A stretch of DNA of 64,000 nucleotides from an uncultured Gammaproteobacteria bacterium (GTDB lineage: Bacteria; Patescibacteriota; Microgenomatia; Levybacterales; UBA12049): contig CAYJRY010000001.1 of NCBI GenBank assembly GCA_964372855.1, forward strand, positions 18,794 to 82,793, read 5' to 3'. Positions 18,890-29,240 of this stretch are shown piece by piece. Below the pieces are notes generated by a model. The model was not told the origin of the DNA. It ran no database searches and saw nothing but the letters and a program-made list of their open reading frames with translations. The position numbers and the translations under genes were made by a program. Within the stretch, counting starts at the first letter, position 1. Every line of letters starts with the position of its first letter.

Positions 18890-20020
18890 TTACATATAAC
18901 TATTAATAATAGGTTCTGCGTTTTTTTCGCTAAATTTATTTACGGCGTATTTTCTAGCATTTCGAGAAAATGTTTTTAAAACATTACGATTATGAAAAAA
19001 GAAATTAACAGCTTTTGCAATATCTCGATCTGTAGGCTCTATAATCTTTCCAACAGAATCAGTCACAATCATCGGTAAGGCTCCTCTATTTGAGGCAATC
19101 ACTGGTGTTTTGCAAAATAATGCTCCCGCAGCAACTCTTCCAAAACCCTCCTCATTTAAGGTAGGCACAATCACTATATCAGCAGCGCTATAATGAAGAG
19201 GTAAAAGATTAGGGATAATTGTTCCTTTATAAATAACATTTGGATATTCTTGGACGGCTTTTTTTACGTAATCAACTAGAGGACCCTCTCCATATATAAG
19301 AAAGGTGATTTTTCTATCTAGTAATTTAATGGCACTAATAAACACTTTTATACCTTTTTCTTCAATCAGTCTACCAAAAAAAGAGACAATAAATGTATTG
19401 CTAAGTCCTATTTCTTTTTTTGCTTTTTTTTTATCAACAGGTTTGAAAAAAGTGCTATCTTCCCAATTAGTATAAAGCTGAATTTTATTGGAATTTATTC
19501 CCAGACTCTCTATATCTTGTTTGGACTGATAAGAAATAGCAATAATTTTACTAGCTGATTCAAAAATCCATCTACAAACTTGTCTATATAACCCCCTTTT
19601 TGGAAAATGATACACAGACTGAGCGGAAACTACGTAACGTTTTCTAAAAATTTTTGTCCAGAAACTTGCTGAAAATCCTGCAATTAGACCTTGAGCGTTT
19701 ATCACATTAATTTTCGGATAAACTAGTAACACTAGCGGAGTTACAAAAAAAAGTAAAGGTTCTAAGAATAAAAATTCAAGCATTGGTTTTTTGTATAATT
19801 TATAAAATATTCCTCTTAGAACAGGTAACCGAAAAACAACTACATTTTTACTTTTTTCTATCCACCTACCTAAAACTGGAGTATTAAGGGGCTGATATGT
19901 AAGAACTTTAACTCTCCAATCTTTTTTAATTAACTCATCAATTAAATCTTTCAAGTGGGTTTCTAAACCTCCTATATTTGGCAAAAAGCCTATTGCTATT
20001 ATGAGGATGTGTTTGCTCAT
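18890..20020 (-). CDS. GT4-family (GT-B) glycosyltransferase
   Basis: 376 aa. It has an N-terminal GGLETH and the C-terminal PTLNEEGFGRVAAGALFCKTPVIASNRGALP EX7E-type motif. Confidence 0.7.
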   Translation of the reverse strand: MSKHILIIAIGFLPNIGGLETHLKDLIDELIKKDWRVKVLTYQPLNTPVLGRWIEKSKNVVVFRLPVLRGIFYKLYKKPMLEFLFLEPLLFFVTPLVLLVYPKINVINAQGLIAGFSASFWTKIFRKRYVVSAQSVYHFPKRGLYRQVCRWIFESASKIIAISYQSKQDIESLGINSNKIQLYTNWEDSTFFKPVDKKKAKKEIGLSNTFIVSFFGRLIEEKGIKVFISAIKLLDRKITFLIYGEGPLVDYVKKAVQEYPNVIYKGTIIPNLLPLHYSAADIVIVPTLNEEGFGRVAAGALFCKTPVIASNRGALPMIVTDSVGKIIEPTDRDIAKAVNFFFHNRNVLKTFSRNARKYAVNKFSEKNAEPIINSYM

Positions 20021-20970
20021 ATAAAAAGATGGGAATTTGCTTGATACCAGGCAATAGTTTTTGAAAGGCCACTATCTAAAGTTACTTTTGGATACCATCC
20101 TAATTCTCTTTTTGCTTTTGCAATTGACACATATTGTTTTTTTACTTCATTCAATCTTTCTTCAGGCAACTGCTCCATTTTAACTGTTATTTCTTTTCCC
20201 ATTATTTGAATTATTTTCTGCACTAAATCATAAATTTTAATCTGCTTTCCAGTACCAATATTAAAAATCCTAAGTCTTTTTTTATTTTCTAACTTTTTTT
20301 GGGCAATTATAAGATACGCATTAATAGCATCATCAATATAAAGAAAGTCACGTATTGTACCTATATCCCATATTTCTGGCTTCTTGTCCTGTAAGATACT
20401 CTTGACAATTCTTGGGATTAAACGTGAAAAATTTAGGTCTCCCGGTCCATAAATATTAACAAATCTGGGAATTGCAACTGATAAATTATAGCTATCGGCG
20501 AAAGATTGTGCTAGTAAATCTGCGCAAGCCTTTGAAGTTTCGTATGGTCTTGATGGTTGAGGAAAATATTTTTCTTTGAACGGAACTTTTGGATTATCCC
20601 CATACACATGAGCAGAAGACGCAATAATAACTTTTTGTATTTTATTCTCTCTTGCAGACTCTAATACATTCCATGTACCTTTAATATTTACCTCGAAGGT
20701 TTTAATAGGATTATCTTGACCGACTTCAACTATTGGCTGAGCAGCTAAGTGAAAAACAGTATTGACTTTATATCTTTTCATAATAGCATGCAATCTATCA
20801 AAATCCTCAACCACCCCACTCTCATTTATTACATTAGTTGAAGATTTTAGTTTCTTTTTAGATAAAGTTACTACCCTTGAGTGTTTTGAAATCAATTGAT
20901 TAACAAGATGTGATCCAACAAAACCACTAGCACCTGTTACGAATACTACTCTTTGTTCCCAAAATGACAT
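20017..20970 (-). CDS. NAD-dependent sugar epimerase/dehydratase (extended SDR)
   Basis: 317 aa. It has VVFVTGASGFVGSH and SSAHVYG...YETSKA. Confidence 0.65.
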   Translation of the reverse strand: MSFWEQRVVFVTGASGFVGSHLVNQLISKHSRVVTLSKKKLKSSTNVINESGVVEDFDRLHAIMKRYKVNTVFHLAAQPIVEVGQDNPIKTFEVNIKGTWNVLESARENKIQKVIIASSAHVYGDNPKVPFKEKYFPQPSRPYETSKACADLLAQSFADSYNLSVAIPRFVNIYGPGDLNFSRLIPRIVKSILQDKKPEIWDIGTIRDFLYIDDAINAYLIIAQKKLENKKRLRIFNIGTGKQIKIYDLVQKIIQIMGKEITVKMEQLPEERLNEVKKQYVSIAKAKRELGWYPKVTLDSGLSKTIAWYQANSHLFI

Positions 20971-21096
20971 TTATTTCTCCTTTATTATTTTAGCAGTTTA
21001 TCATTTTTGATATAGCTATTTTTCTTTTACTACGCTCAGAAAACCCAGTATTCTTACCATCATATATTGTCCCACCCAAAAGAAGTTTTTACCTTT

Positions 21097-21945
21097 TTAA
21101 ATAGGCTTTTTGTTTGTATTAATTATCATACCAAGAAATCCACCAAAAACTTCTCCAGATCGTAGTAATATAAGTCCTGCTGTTAAAAGCGGATGTCTCA
21201 ACAATAAATCAAAATGTTTTATATAAGCCGTTTTAATAGGAAAAAACTGGGCAACGGCTATATCTGGATATCGCTTAAGATATTTCTTGAATGCTTGGCT
21301 ATAGTAATACTTTTTTTCAATTCTTCCAAAAAAACTAGTTTTACCCTCATCATGATAAAGATGTTCTTTTATTTTTCTTATCTTGCCAATCTTATTCATT
21401 CTATAATGAAAATCAGAATCCTCAACTCCAACAATTGTTCTATCAAATCCACCAATACGCAAAGCATCTTTTTTTCTAAAAAACCTGCAACATTCGTTCA
21501 TACCATCTTCAAGATATATGCTAACATAGCGCTCAAGTGCTACACATTTAGTCCAAAACCCTGTACCAATAGAAATTTCTGGAATTACCAATGCAATGTT
21601 GTTATGTATTTCTCTATAGCATTCTTCGACAACTTTTGGGGTCAAATACATATCCTGATCTAGAATCAATATGTATTCACCCTTTGCTTCACTAATACCT
21701 CTATTGCGTTGCCTACTTCTTTCAGGTCCATCTACAAAATATCTCGCATACTTTTTGATTATTTTCTCATATTTTTCTTTTTCTGAAAAAATATAGTTAA
21801 TACTATTAACTACTATAATTTCTATGTTTGGGTATGATTGTTTGCATATGGACTGTAAGCATTTCTCGATTGTTCGTTCACAACGATATGTAGCAATAAC
21901 GATAGATATAAGTGGTAAATTACTTGATTTTTTTTTCTGGGTCAT
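21097..21945 (-). CDS. GT2-family glycosyltransferase
   Basis: 282 aa. It has ISIVIATYRCERT...IEIIVVNS and a DQD motif. Confidence 0.6.
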   Translation of the reverse strand: MTQKKKSSNLPLISIVIATYRCERTIEKCLQSICKQSYPNIEIIVVNSINYIFSEKEKYEKIIKKYARYFVDGPERSRQRNRGISEAKGEYILILDQDMYLTPKVVEECYREIHNNIALVIPEISIGTGFWTKCVALERYVSIYLEDGMNECCRFFRKKDALRIGGFDRTIVGVEDSDFHYRMNKIGKIRKIKEHLYHDEGKTSFFGRIEKKYYYSQAFKKYLKRYPDIAVAQFFPIKTAYIKHFDLLLRHPLLTAGLILLRSGEVFGGFLGMIINTNKKPI

Positions 21946-21957
21946 AAAAGTTATCTA

Positions 21958-23064
21958 TTATAACAATTTTTTGAATGCCTCGTATGAACTTTCCCAGGAA
22001 AATTTTTTACTCCATGCAATTGCACCTTTTCCTAATTTTTCTCTTAAGCCTCTTTCCTCAATAATTCTCAACATTGCCTTACTTAATTCTTGACAAGTTG
22101 GATCTTTTGATAAAATTATGCCTGTTTTATTATGTAAAACAGAATCCCGTAGTCCAGTAACGTTTGAAACTATTGCAGGCGTGCCACAAGCAGCAGCTTC
22201 TGTTACAACCATTCCCCATCCTTCTTTTACAGATGGCAATAACAATGCCCAGGCTTTCTGCATATAATACACCTTTATATCATGTATATTTTTGTCTATA
22301 AAAAAATTATTTTTATCTACAAACTCTATATAATTTTCTAGTTTCTTTTGCCTTACTAACATTTTAAGTTTAATTTCCTCAGGTCCGTTACCAATAATCG
22401 CAAGCTTAACTTTTGGAAATTCTTTTCTAAGTTGGCTAATTGCTTCTATGCAAAGATCTGCTCGTTTCATTTTTACCAACCTTGCAACAAAGATAAATAA
22501 AGGATCCTTAGTCTTTTTCCCTTCCTTCTTATATCGATTGTGATCTAATCCCAATGGAAAGACACGTATGAGATGAGAAGATATCCCAAATGAAATCAAA
22601 TCCTCTTTTGTGCTTTTTGAGTAGCAGAGAAATTTTGTTCTAAGATAAGGAAGATATTCAAATCTTTCTAAAAAATAAGCAATTGTGGATAACGGCCAGG
22701 GGAATTCATAAAAAAATACTTCTTTGGCAAGCTGGTTAACATATACAACCCTTCTTCCATAATCAACATACAAGGGAGTTTGCCAGATAATAGTATTTAC
22801 CATATCTATAACCCTATCTGGCTTCTTTTTTAATTGTAAATAATAAAAAAACGCGTGGAGGTAGACAGTGAACTTATTACCCCGACGAATAATTTTTACA
22901 CCGTCAATTTCTTCCTCAGGAAGACAGCCTTGAAATGTCCTACAAAAAAAAACGACATTATGACCGTCTTTTACTAAACGTCTAGCGAATTCAAACGCTA
23001 TGATTTCTGCTCCACCTACTTCTGGATTTTTTACGTCCTTCCAATTTAGAATTAGAATATCCAT
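21958..23064 (-). CDS. GT4-family (GT-B) glycosyltransferase
   Basis: 368 aa. It has GGAEI at the N-terminus and the C-terminal PSVKEGWGMVVTEAAACGTPAIVSNVTG motif. Confidence 0.7.
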   Translation of the reverse strand: MDILILNWKDVKNPEVGGAEIIAFEFARRLVKDGHNVVFFCRTFQGCLPEEEIDGVKIIRRGNKFTVYLHAFFYYLQLKKKPDRVIDMVNTIIWQTPLYVDYGRRVVYVNQLAKEVFFYEFPWPLSTIAYFLERFEYLPYLRTKFLCYSKSTKEDLISFGISSHLIRVFPLGLDHNRYKKEGKKTKDPLFIFVARLVKMKRADLCIEAISQLRKEFPKVKLAIIGNGPEEIKLKMLVRQKKLENYIEFVDKNNFFIDKNIHDIKVYYMQKAWALLLPSVKEGWGMVVTEAAACGTPAIVSNVTGLRDSVLHNKTGIILSKDPTCQELSKAMLRIIEERGLREKLGKGAIAWSKKFSWESSYEAFKKLL

Positions 23065-24087
23065 TTAAACAAACAGGCCTTCATTTTCCCTGACCCATCT
23101 AAACAAACGTTCTACTCCCTCTTGTACTCCAATCGTAGGCCTCCAATTAAGCTCTCTGCTCACCTTTTCAAGGTTTGCTATGAATACTGGCTGATCACCA
23201 GAACGAATTGGAGCGAAGGATGCATGAATCTTTCTGTTATATAATTTTTCTAATATTGGTTTAAGCTCATACCAAACAGACAATGAATTGTTTGGGCCTC
23301 CGCCAATATTATAAATTTTTCCCTTTGCAGTATCGATGTTTTCTATTGCCAGCTCGTAGGCACGAATTAGATCATCGACATATAATAAATCTCTCACTTG
23401 CTTACCATTCCCATAAATAGTGATCTCTTTTTTAAGAAGCACAGCTATAATAAACCACGCAACCCAGCCTTGATCTTCAACTCCAAACTGCCTTGGTCCA
23501 TAAATACACGACTGTCTAAAAACAACAGTTGGTAAATTATAAATTCTGTAATAATCTCTTGTGTACTGATCACCCGCTCCCTTACTACATCCATAGGGAG
23601 AATGAAAATCGAGGTTTTCAGATTCGTCAATTCCATTCGGATGATTTTTAAAAGAATATCGTGTTTCTTCCTCTATTATTCCTATATGGTCAAGATCGCC
23701 ATAGACTTTATTAGTTGAACTATAGATAACGATTGGATTCTTTTTAGATAAGCGTGCCGCTTCAAGAACATTAAATGTACCTAGCGCGTTGTTCTCAAAA
23801 TCACCCCAAGGATCTACTACGGATGATGTAACCGCTACTTGACCAGCCAAATTTATAACAACATCTATATCCTCAATGTATGATTTCAGCGCTGTGATAT
23901 CGCGAATATCACCCTCAATTACCTTTACTGCATTTCCCCACTTTAGACTTCTTAACCACTCAACATTTGACTTTGATCCTTTTCTTGAGAAATTATCCAG
24001 TATAACTACATCATACCCTTTCTTTAGAAAATAAGAACTTGAATTTATTCCAATGAACCCTGCTCCTCCAGTAATTAAAATTTTCAT
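23065..24087 (-). CDS. Extended-SDR nucleotide-sugar epimerase of the CDP-paratose/tyvelose 2-epimerase-like subfamily
   Basis: 340 aa. It has MKILITGGAGFIGINSSSYFLKKGYDVVILDNFSRKGSKSNVEWL. This closely follows the CDP-tyvelose 2-epimerase N-terminus (...ITGGCGFLGSNLA...DNLSRKGATDNLHWL). Confidence 0.55.
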   Translation of the reverse strand: MKILITGGAGFIGINSSSYFLKKGYDVVILDNFSRKGSKSNVEWLRSLKWGNAVKVIEGDIRDITALKSYIEDIDVVINLAGQVAVTSSVVDPWGDFENNALGTFNVLEAARLSKKNPIVIYSSTNKVYGDLDHIGIIEEETRYSFKNHPNGIDESENLDFHSPYGCSKGAGDQYTRDYYRIYNLPTVVFRQSCIYGPRQFGVEDQGWVAWFIIAVLLKKEITIYGNGKQVRDLLYVDDLIRAYELAIENIDTAKGKIYNIGGGPNNSLSVWYELKPILEKLYNRKIHASFAPIRSGDQPVFIANLEKVSRELNWRPTIGVQEGVERLFRWVRENEGLFV

Positions 24088-24089
24088 AA

Positions 24090-24896
24090 CTACACAATGT
24101 TATTTTTAAAATCAAGCTTTGGATCAAACCGCTGTTTTCTTTTACCTTTATTATAATAATGAAGAATTTTTAATCTATAAAATATTTTTACGGTGTCCCA
24201 AAGCATAAGTAATATAATTTTCCAAAAACTTCTAGACGTGATGCTGCTATTGTCTTTAAATGTAAGTTTTATAGGTGCCTCATAGATTTTTGTATATCCA
24301 TAAGCATACGAAACAGCCAAAACCTCTACGTCAAACGCAAACTGTTTTACTAAAATATTAGGAAAAACATGTCTCACAACTTCTCTTTTAAATAATTTAA
24401 GTCCAACCTGTGTGTCTTTAATATTAAAACCAAACAATAAGTGAGTAAAAGTTCTATATCCCCATGAAAGAATTTTTCGCATCAGCGGATAACTCACTAT
24501 AGAATCTGGATGGAGTTTGCTTCCTACAACAATATCTGCATTGTATAGCTTCATAAAGTCAAAAAGCATAAAAATTGCCGATGGGTGAATATCCATACCT
24601 GCATCAATAAATCCTATTACATCTCCTTTTGCCTTCAACATTCCATATGTAACAGCATAACCTTTACCATGATTATGTTCATATCCAAAAACCTTAATTT
24701 TGGAAGATCTAAGCTTTTTTGCGTTTTCGAAAGTTTTATCTACCATACCATCTACAACGACTATAATTTCATATTTATAATTAGTTCTATCCATAGTTTT
24801 TCTTAAACGATCGATGCTTTCTTCAATCACACTTTCATTTTTAAAAGACGGGACTATAATAGAAACTAGCGTATTTCTTTTAGCCAACGACTTCAT
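24090..24896 (-). CDS. GT2-family glycosyltransferase, DPM1/GtrB-like (candidate polyprenol-phosphate sugar synthase)
   Basis: 268 aa. It has VSIIVPSFKNE...EIIVVVDGMVDKT...HNHGKGYAV...IGFIDAGMD. It sits immediately upstream of a flippase-like gene. Confidence 0.5.
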   Translation of the reverse strand: MKSLAKRNTLVSIIVPSFKNESVIEESIDRLRKTMDRTNYKYEIIVVVDGMVDKTFENAKKLRSSKIKVFGYEHNHGKGYAVTYGMLKAKGDVIGFIDAGMDIHPSAIFMLFDFMKLYNADIVVGSKLHPDSIVSYPLMRKILSWGYRTFTHLLFGFNIKDTQVGLKLFKREVVRHVFPNILVKQFAFDVEVLAVSYAYGYTKIYEAPIKLTFKDNSSITSRSFWKIILLMLWDTVKIFYRLKILHYYNKGKRKQRFDPKLDFKNNIV

Positions 24897-26142
24897 GATG
24901 TACCCTCCAATAATATACTAAAAGACATAGCAATGGAATAGCCGTAGTTACAATAGAAATAATAACCACCAACTGAAAAGTACTATGATAAAAATAAACT
25001 AATACCCCTTGAGAAATTGCTCCAACTAATACTGGGATAAAAACTTTTGTTTTTTTAATTGATAAATAATAATTCGTTACAAGCGATAAAAGCGAATATA
25101 AAATCATAAAAATGCCAAATATCCAAAGAGTAGATTTAATAACTAAATATTCTTCCTGTTTTAAGAGGACCTTTATACTAAATTCTGGGAAAAAATAATA
25201 AAAAATAGTAATTGCGACTGAAGATGTTAATACTAAAAAAAGTGATAAATAAAAAAAATGACTATGACGCTGTCGACGCGTGTGTAGCTGAGCTACCAAT
25301 GGGAACAAAACTGTAACTATCGGAGCTGAAAAAAAATAAATAATTCGCCCAAGAAGAGACATGCCCGCATATATCCCAGCTTCAGTTTCTGTAAAAAAAT
25401 GCTTTACAAGTATTATATCTGTAGTTATGAAAAATGTCAGTCCTAACATTGCAATTCCTGATGGCGCAGCATACTTTAGAATCTCTTTGATGCCCACTAC
25501 TTTTTCTTTCTCACTTCGAAGAATAGATCTTAAAGGAAAAAAAGTGAATAGATAAGAAGATAAATAACCTATAAGAAATGCCAATATTCCACCTGTTACT
25601 CCCAAGCCTAGAAATATTAAAATCATACCAACCAAAAATTTTAAAAATGAAGAAAAAAATTGAAAAAAAGAAATGTAACCAAAGGATAGTTTACCAGCAA
25701 GAATTCCTCTATTTAAGGAGCTAAGGGAAATTACAAATATTATTAAACCAACAAGAAATATCAAAAAATTATTCTCTATTTTAAAAAAATGACTTATGTT
25801 GACTCCGAAAATTATAAAAATTCCTATAATTACGAAACCAAAAAAAATAATCAATTTATTTAGTTTCCAAAAAAAAGCAGCTACTTTTTTTATCTCACTT
25901 CGAGCAAAATATTGGCTTGAAAAATGTATAATGGTCGGAATAATAGATTCAAATGCGAGAGTAAAAAGAAGAACAATAGAAACAAGACTTGCCAAAATTC
26001 CATAATCAGAAACTGAAAGATTCCTTGTCATAAAAAAATTAAATAAAAAATTAAAAATATTTCCTATAAAAGTACCGATAAAAACTACCAAACTTCCTGA
26101 GACGAAATGGTTTTTAATTAACGTGTGAATCAAATTGCTCAT
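24880..26142 (-). CDS. Wzx-like polysaccharide/oligosaccharide flippase (MOP superfamily)
   Basis: 420 aa with about 12 predicted TM helices. The N-terminus is FIGTFIGNIFNFLFNFFMTRNLSVSDYGI. It is a paralog of 26776-28101. Confidence 0.6.
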   Translation of the reverse strand: MSNLIHTLIKNHFVSGSLVVFIGTFIGNIFNFLFNFFMTRNLSVSDYGILASLVSIVLLFTLAFESIIPTIIHFSSQYFARSEIKKVAAFFWKLNKLIIFFGFVIIGIFIIFGVNISHFFKIENNFLIFLVGLIIFVISLSSLNRGILAGKLSFGYISFFQFFSSFLKFLVGMILIFLGLGVTGGILAFLIGYLSSYLFTFFPLRSILRSEKEKVVGIKEILKYAAPSGIAMLGLTFFITTDIILVKHFFTETEAGIYAGMSLLGRIIYFFSAPIVTVLFPLVAQLHTRRQRHSHFFYLSLFLVLTSSVAITIFYYFFPEFSIKVLLKQEEYLVIKSTLWIFGIFMILYSLLSLVTNYYLSIKKTKVFIPVLVGAISQGVLVYFYHSTFQLVVIISIVTTAIPLLCLLVYYWRVHHEVVG

Positions 26143-26175
26143 AATTATAAGAGAAAGACTTATTAAAAATATAGT

Positions 26176-26730
26176 TTAGAGGTTATAAATCTGAAAAACT
26201 TTTCTTACTTTATCCCAAGAGAATAATTGTCCATCTTCTAACTTTACTTGAATTTTGCTGTGAGGAATACGGCCCTCTTCTTTTGGGCTGTATAGAGAAG
26301 TTGGAAAGTTCAAAAGTATTGCGGGTATTTTAGAAACAACTAAAAACCCATGTAAGGTTTTTTTTGGAACCAATAAGACATAGGGGTCTTTAGTTGCTTC
26401 CATGTGGAAAAGATTCAATTTTCCAAAAGTATTGGAATCTGCTCGATTATCGGCTATTGCAACAACTATTGCGCCTTGAACAACTAAAAACCTATCCTCT
26501 TGACCATGTGGATGATAATGCCAAACATTTTCATCTCTTGCAATTCCACTATTTGTAACAGAATAATACTGCATAGCAAACCCGCGTTTATGGCCATAGA
26601 TATCTTTCCAATCTTTTCTTAATGTTTCAACCAAAACTCCTGTTTTATCTATATTAATTTTAAGAGGATGTAACAATACACCTCTAACTAACTCCACATC
26701 ATCTTTATTTGCAAGAGTAATATATTTCAT
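26176..26730 (-). CDS. RmlC-like cupin, putative NDP-4-keto-sugar 3,5-epimerase
   Basis: 184 aa. It has WHYHPHGQEDRFLVVQG, LHGFLVVSK and LYSPKEEGRIPHS...FSW. These parallel the RmlC segments GLHFQ, HGFVTLSE and YYSPSSEGSILWND...IEWP. Confidence 0.55.
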   Translation of the reverse strand: MKYITLANKDDVELVRGVLLHPLKINIDKTGVLVETLRKDWKDIYGHKRGFAMQYYSVTNSGIARDENVWHYHPHGQEDRFLVVQGAIVVAIADNRADSNTFGKLNLFHMEATKDPYVLLVPKKTLHGFLVVSKIPAILLNFPTSLYSPKEEGRIPHSKIQVKLEDGQLFSWDKVRKVFQIYNL

Positions 26731-26775
26731 AAATAAATCAATATTAACAAATATTAAATCGTAATACCATATATG

Positions 26776-28101
26776 TTAACATCCAATTTCTCCAGGCTTC
26801 CCTATTATAACCATCTGCTTATTAATTCTCTTATAGTTTACATATTCTCTTAAATAATAAAATAATAGGAAAGTAAGAAGAATCAAAGAGACTATTACAC
26901 AAATAGACACTACTATAAAAAGTGAATCATGGTATAAGATTATAAGAAAAACCTGAGCAATAGCTGCCAATAAAACAGAAATATAGATATTGGTTTTTTT
27001 TATTGACAAAAAATAATACACAAAAAGCGAAATTAAAGAGTATATTGCTATGAATACTCCAAATAATCCTAGCAAACTAGAGGCGGATAAATATGCCTCG
27101 TTCTTTATGAAAAAAATTATGGCAAATCTTGGATACAAAAAATAAAATATAGAAATAAAAACAGAAGGAACAAATACCATAACAATCGCCATTTTGAAAG
27201 TATTGTTATAATTTTCTTTTTTTGCATGCTTTTTAATAATAAGAGGAAACATTACACTTCCTATAGGAGCTGTAAAGAAGAAGATAACCTTTCCGACTAA
27301 AGAAAGTCCAGAATAAATACCCGCTTGTACTGGGTCAAAATAATGCTTTACTAGCAAAATATCTGTTGAAATCAGAGATGTAATGCCTAAGAGAGTAATG
27401 GCTGAGGGAACTCCATAAGGAAGAATACTATTAAAACTAAACTTATACAAATTTATAGATTTTGTTAGAAAAACAAATCTCAGATAAAAAAACCCAAAGA
27501 TAATTGGCAATATAACTGAAATAAAAACTGCCCAAATTGCTCCTTTTACACCAAAACCCAAAAAAAACAAAATAACACCAACTAATAGTTTGGAAAATAA
27601 AGAAATAACATTTACAAAAGATATAAATTTGAATGCTAATTTTGCTTGTAAAAGTCCTCCACTTACAACTCCAATATAGGCAAAGCCAATAGTTATTCCT
27701 ATTATTACAATTATATTTCTATCAATCTTTAAAAAACGTCCTATCTGGTCTGCAAAAAACATAAAATAAAATAATGTAATAATGCTTACAATTAGAAGTG
27801 CTTTAATAATTTTTAAAGAGAATGTTTTAACAGAACTATAATCCTTTTTGGCGAAATGGGCTCCGGCAAAATTAACTATCATTGGAGTTAATGCTCCAAC
27901 GGGAATTCCAACAAGAGTAATTAATGAAATTGCGCTAATTAAGACTCCGTAATCTTCTGGAAGTAAATTTCTGCTCATAAATAAGTTGAAAAGCAAATTA
28001 AATATATTGGAGATAACAGAACCTATAAAAATATAGATACTTCCTGTCAACAATTCCTGCTTAAAAATCCTCTTGCTAAATAATAATATTCTTTCCTGCA
28101 T
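26776..28101 (-). CDS. Wzx-like flippase (second paralog)
   Basis: 441 aa, polytopic. The N-terminus IFIGSVISNIFNLLFNLFMSRNLLPEDYGV is homologous to 24880-26142. Confidence 0.6.
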   Translation of the reverse strand: MQERILLFSKRIFKQELLTGSIYIFIGSVISNIFNLLFNLFMSRNLLPEDYGVLISAISLITLVGIPVGALTPMIVNFAGAHFAKKDYSSVKTFSLKIIKALLIVSIITLFYFMFFADQIGRFLKIDRNIIVIIGITIGFAYIGVVSGGLLQAKLAFKFISFVNVISLFSKLLVGVILFFLGFGVKGAIWAVFISVILPIIFGFFYLRFVFLTKSINLYKFSFNSILPYGVPSAITLLGITSLISTDILLVKHYFDPVQAGIYSGLSLVGKVIFFFTAPIGSVMFPLIIKKHAKKENYNNTFKMAIVMVFVPSVFISIFYFLYPRFAIIFFIKNEAYLSASSLLGLFGVFIAIYSLISLFVYYFLSIKKTNIYISVLLAAIAQVFLIILYHDSLFIVVSICVIVSLILLTFLLFYYLREYVNYKRINKQMVIIGKPGEIGC

Positions 28102-29165
28102 TATTTCCCTGCAACTTTTCTATACACTAGTATAGTATCATCTATTGTTTTTTTCCAATTGAACTTTCTTGCCCTAATTAAACCTTTCTTATAAAGAGAC
28201 CCTTGAACAGACTCGCCTAAGAATACTTTCTTAATTCCACTGGCAATACTGTCAACATCATATGCATCAACAAAATATGCCGCGTCTCCCGCAACCTCAG
28301 CTAGCGATCCTTTTTTTGTAGTAACAACTGGGCACCCACAACTCATTGCTTCTAAAATTGGCAAACCAAAACCTTCATATAGGCTTGGCATTGTAAAAAC
28401 CGTTGCTATGTTATATAAAGTTACCAAATCTTCTTGAGGGATAAAGCCTAATATAAAAATATTTTTGTCATTTGCTGTTAACGTCCTCACTTTTGCGAGA
28501 TCCTGATTCCAGGGATTTTTTATTTCTATATCTTTTTCATCTAAAGCATGTCCCACCATTACCAATGGAATATCAATCTTTTTTATTGCCTCAATTAATC
28601 TTGGTAAGTTTTTATTCCATGTTACATCTCCAACATATAATGCAAACTTATTCGGTAAATTGTATTTTTTTCTAAAAATTTGATCTTTGACATTTGAAAT
28701 TTTATTTTTTTTAAATTCTTCTGAAGCGGCAAGGTAAACAACATGTGTCTTTTCATCCTTAATATCTGTAAAATTAATAATATCTTTTTTTGAGGACTGC
28801 GAATCTGTTATAATTGCTTTTGCTGAATTTAATGACATTTTCTGTAAATTCCATTTAATTTTTCCCCTGATTCCCGATGGAAAATATTTTTTAAAAACTA
28901 AAGGAGTTAAGTCATGAACTGTTACAATTGTTTTATGTTTTTTTAAGAAAGGTAGAGTTAAAAAAAACGGTTCAAAATAAGGATAATGAACTATGTCGGT
29001 ATTTTCGGGTATTTTTTGTTCTCGAGTAAAAAAAGTATACTTATTTTCGGGATAATATTGCAAAAGGAACTTTTTTAAATTTTTAATATAAAAACCTGTA
29101 CCCCTAACTCTGTGAGCAAGAAGGTTTTCACTTTGAATAGGAGAAACATCAATCGCGATATTCAC
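28101..29165 (-). CDS. GT4-family (GT-B) glycosyltransferase
   Basis: 354 aa. It has MPSLYEGFGLPILEAMSCGCPVVTTKKGSLAEV. An N-terminally similar remnant lies at 33666-33965. Confidence 0.7.
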   Translation of the reverse strand: MNIAIDVSPIQSENLLAHRVRGTGFYIKNLKKFLLQYYPENKYTFFTREQKIPENTDIVHYPYFEPFFLTLPFLKKHKTIVTVHDLTPLVFKKYFPSGIRGKIKWNLQKMSLNSAKAIITDSQSSKKDIINFTDIKDEKTHVVYLAASEEFKKNKISNVKDQIFRKKYNLPNKFALYVGDVTWNKNLPRLIEAIKKIDIPLVMVGHALDEKDIEIKNPWNQDLAKVRTLTANDKNIFILGFIPQEDLVTLYNIATVFTMPSLYEGFGLPILEAMSCGCPVVTTKKGSLAEVAGDAAYFVDAYDVDSIASGIKKVFLGESVQGSLYKKGLIRARKFNWKKTIDDTILVYRKVAGK

Positions 29166-29240
29166 AAATTTTATTCTATCAAAAAACTAAGCTTTGTGTC
29201 TTGTTATTATAAGTATCGTTGAATAGACGAGAATTTATCC

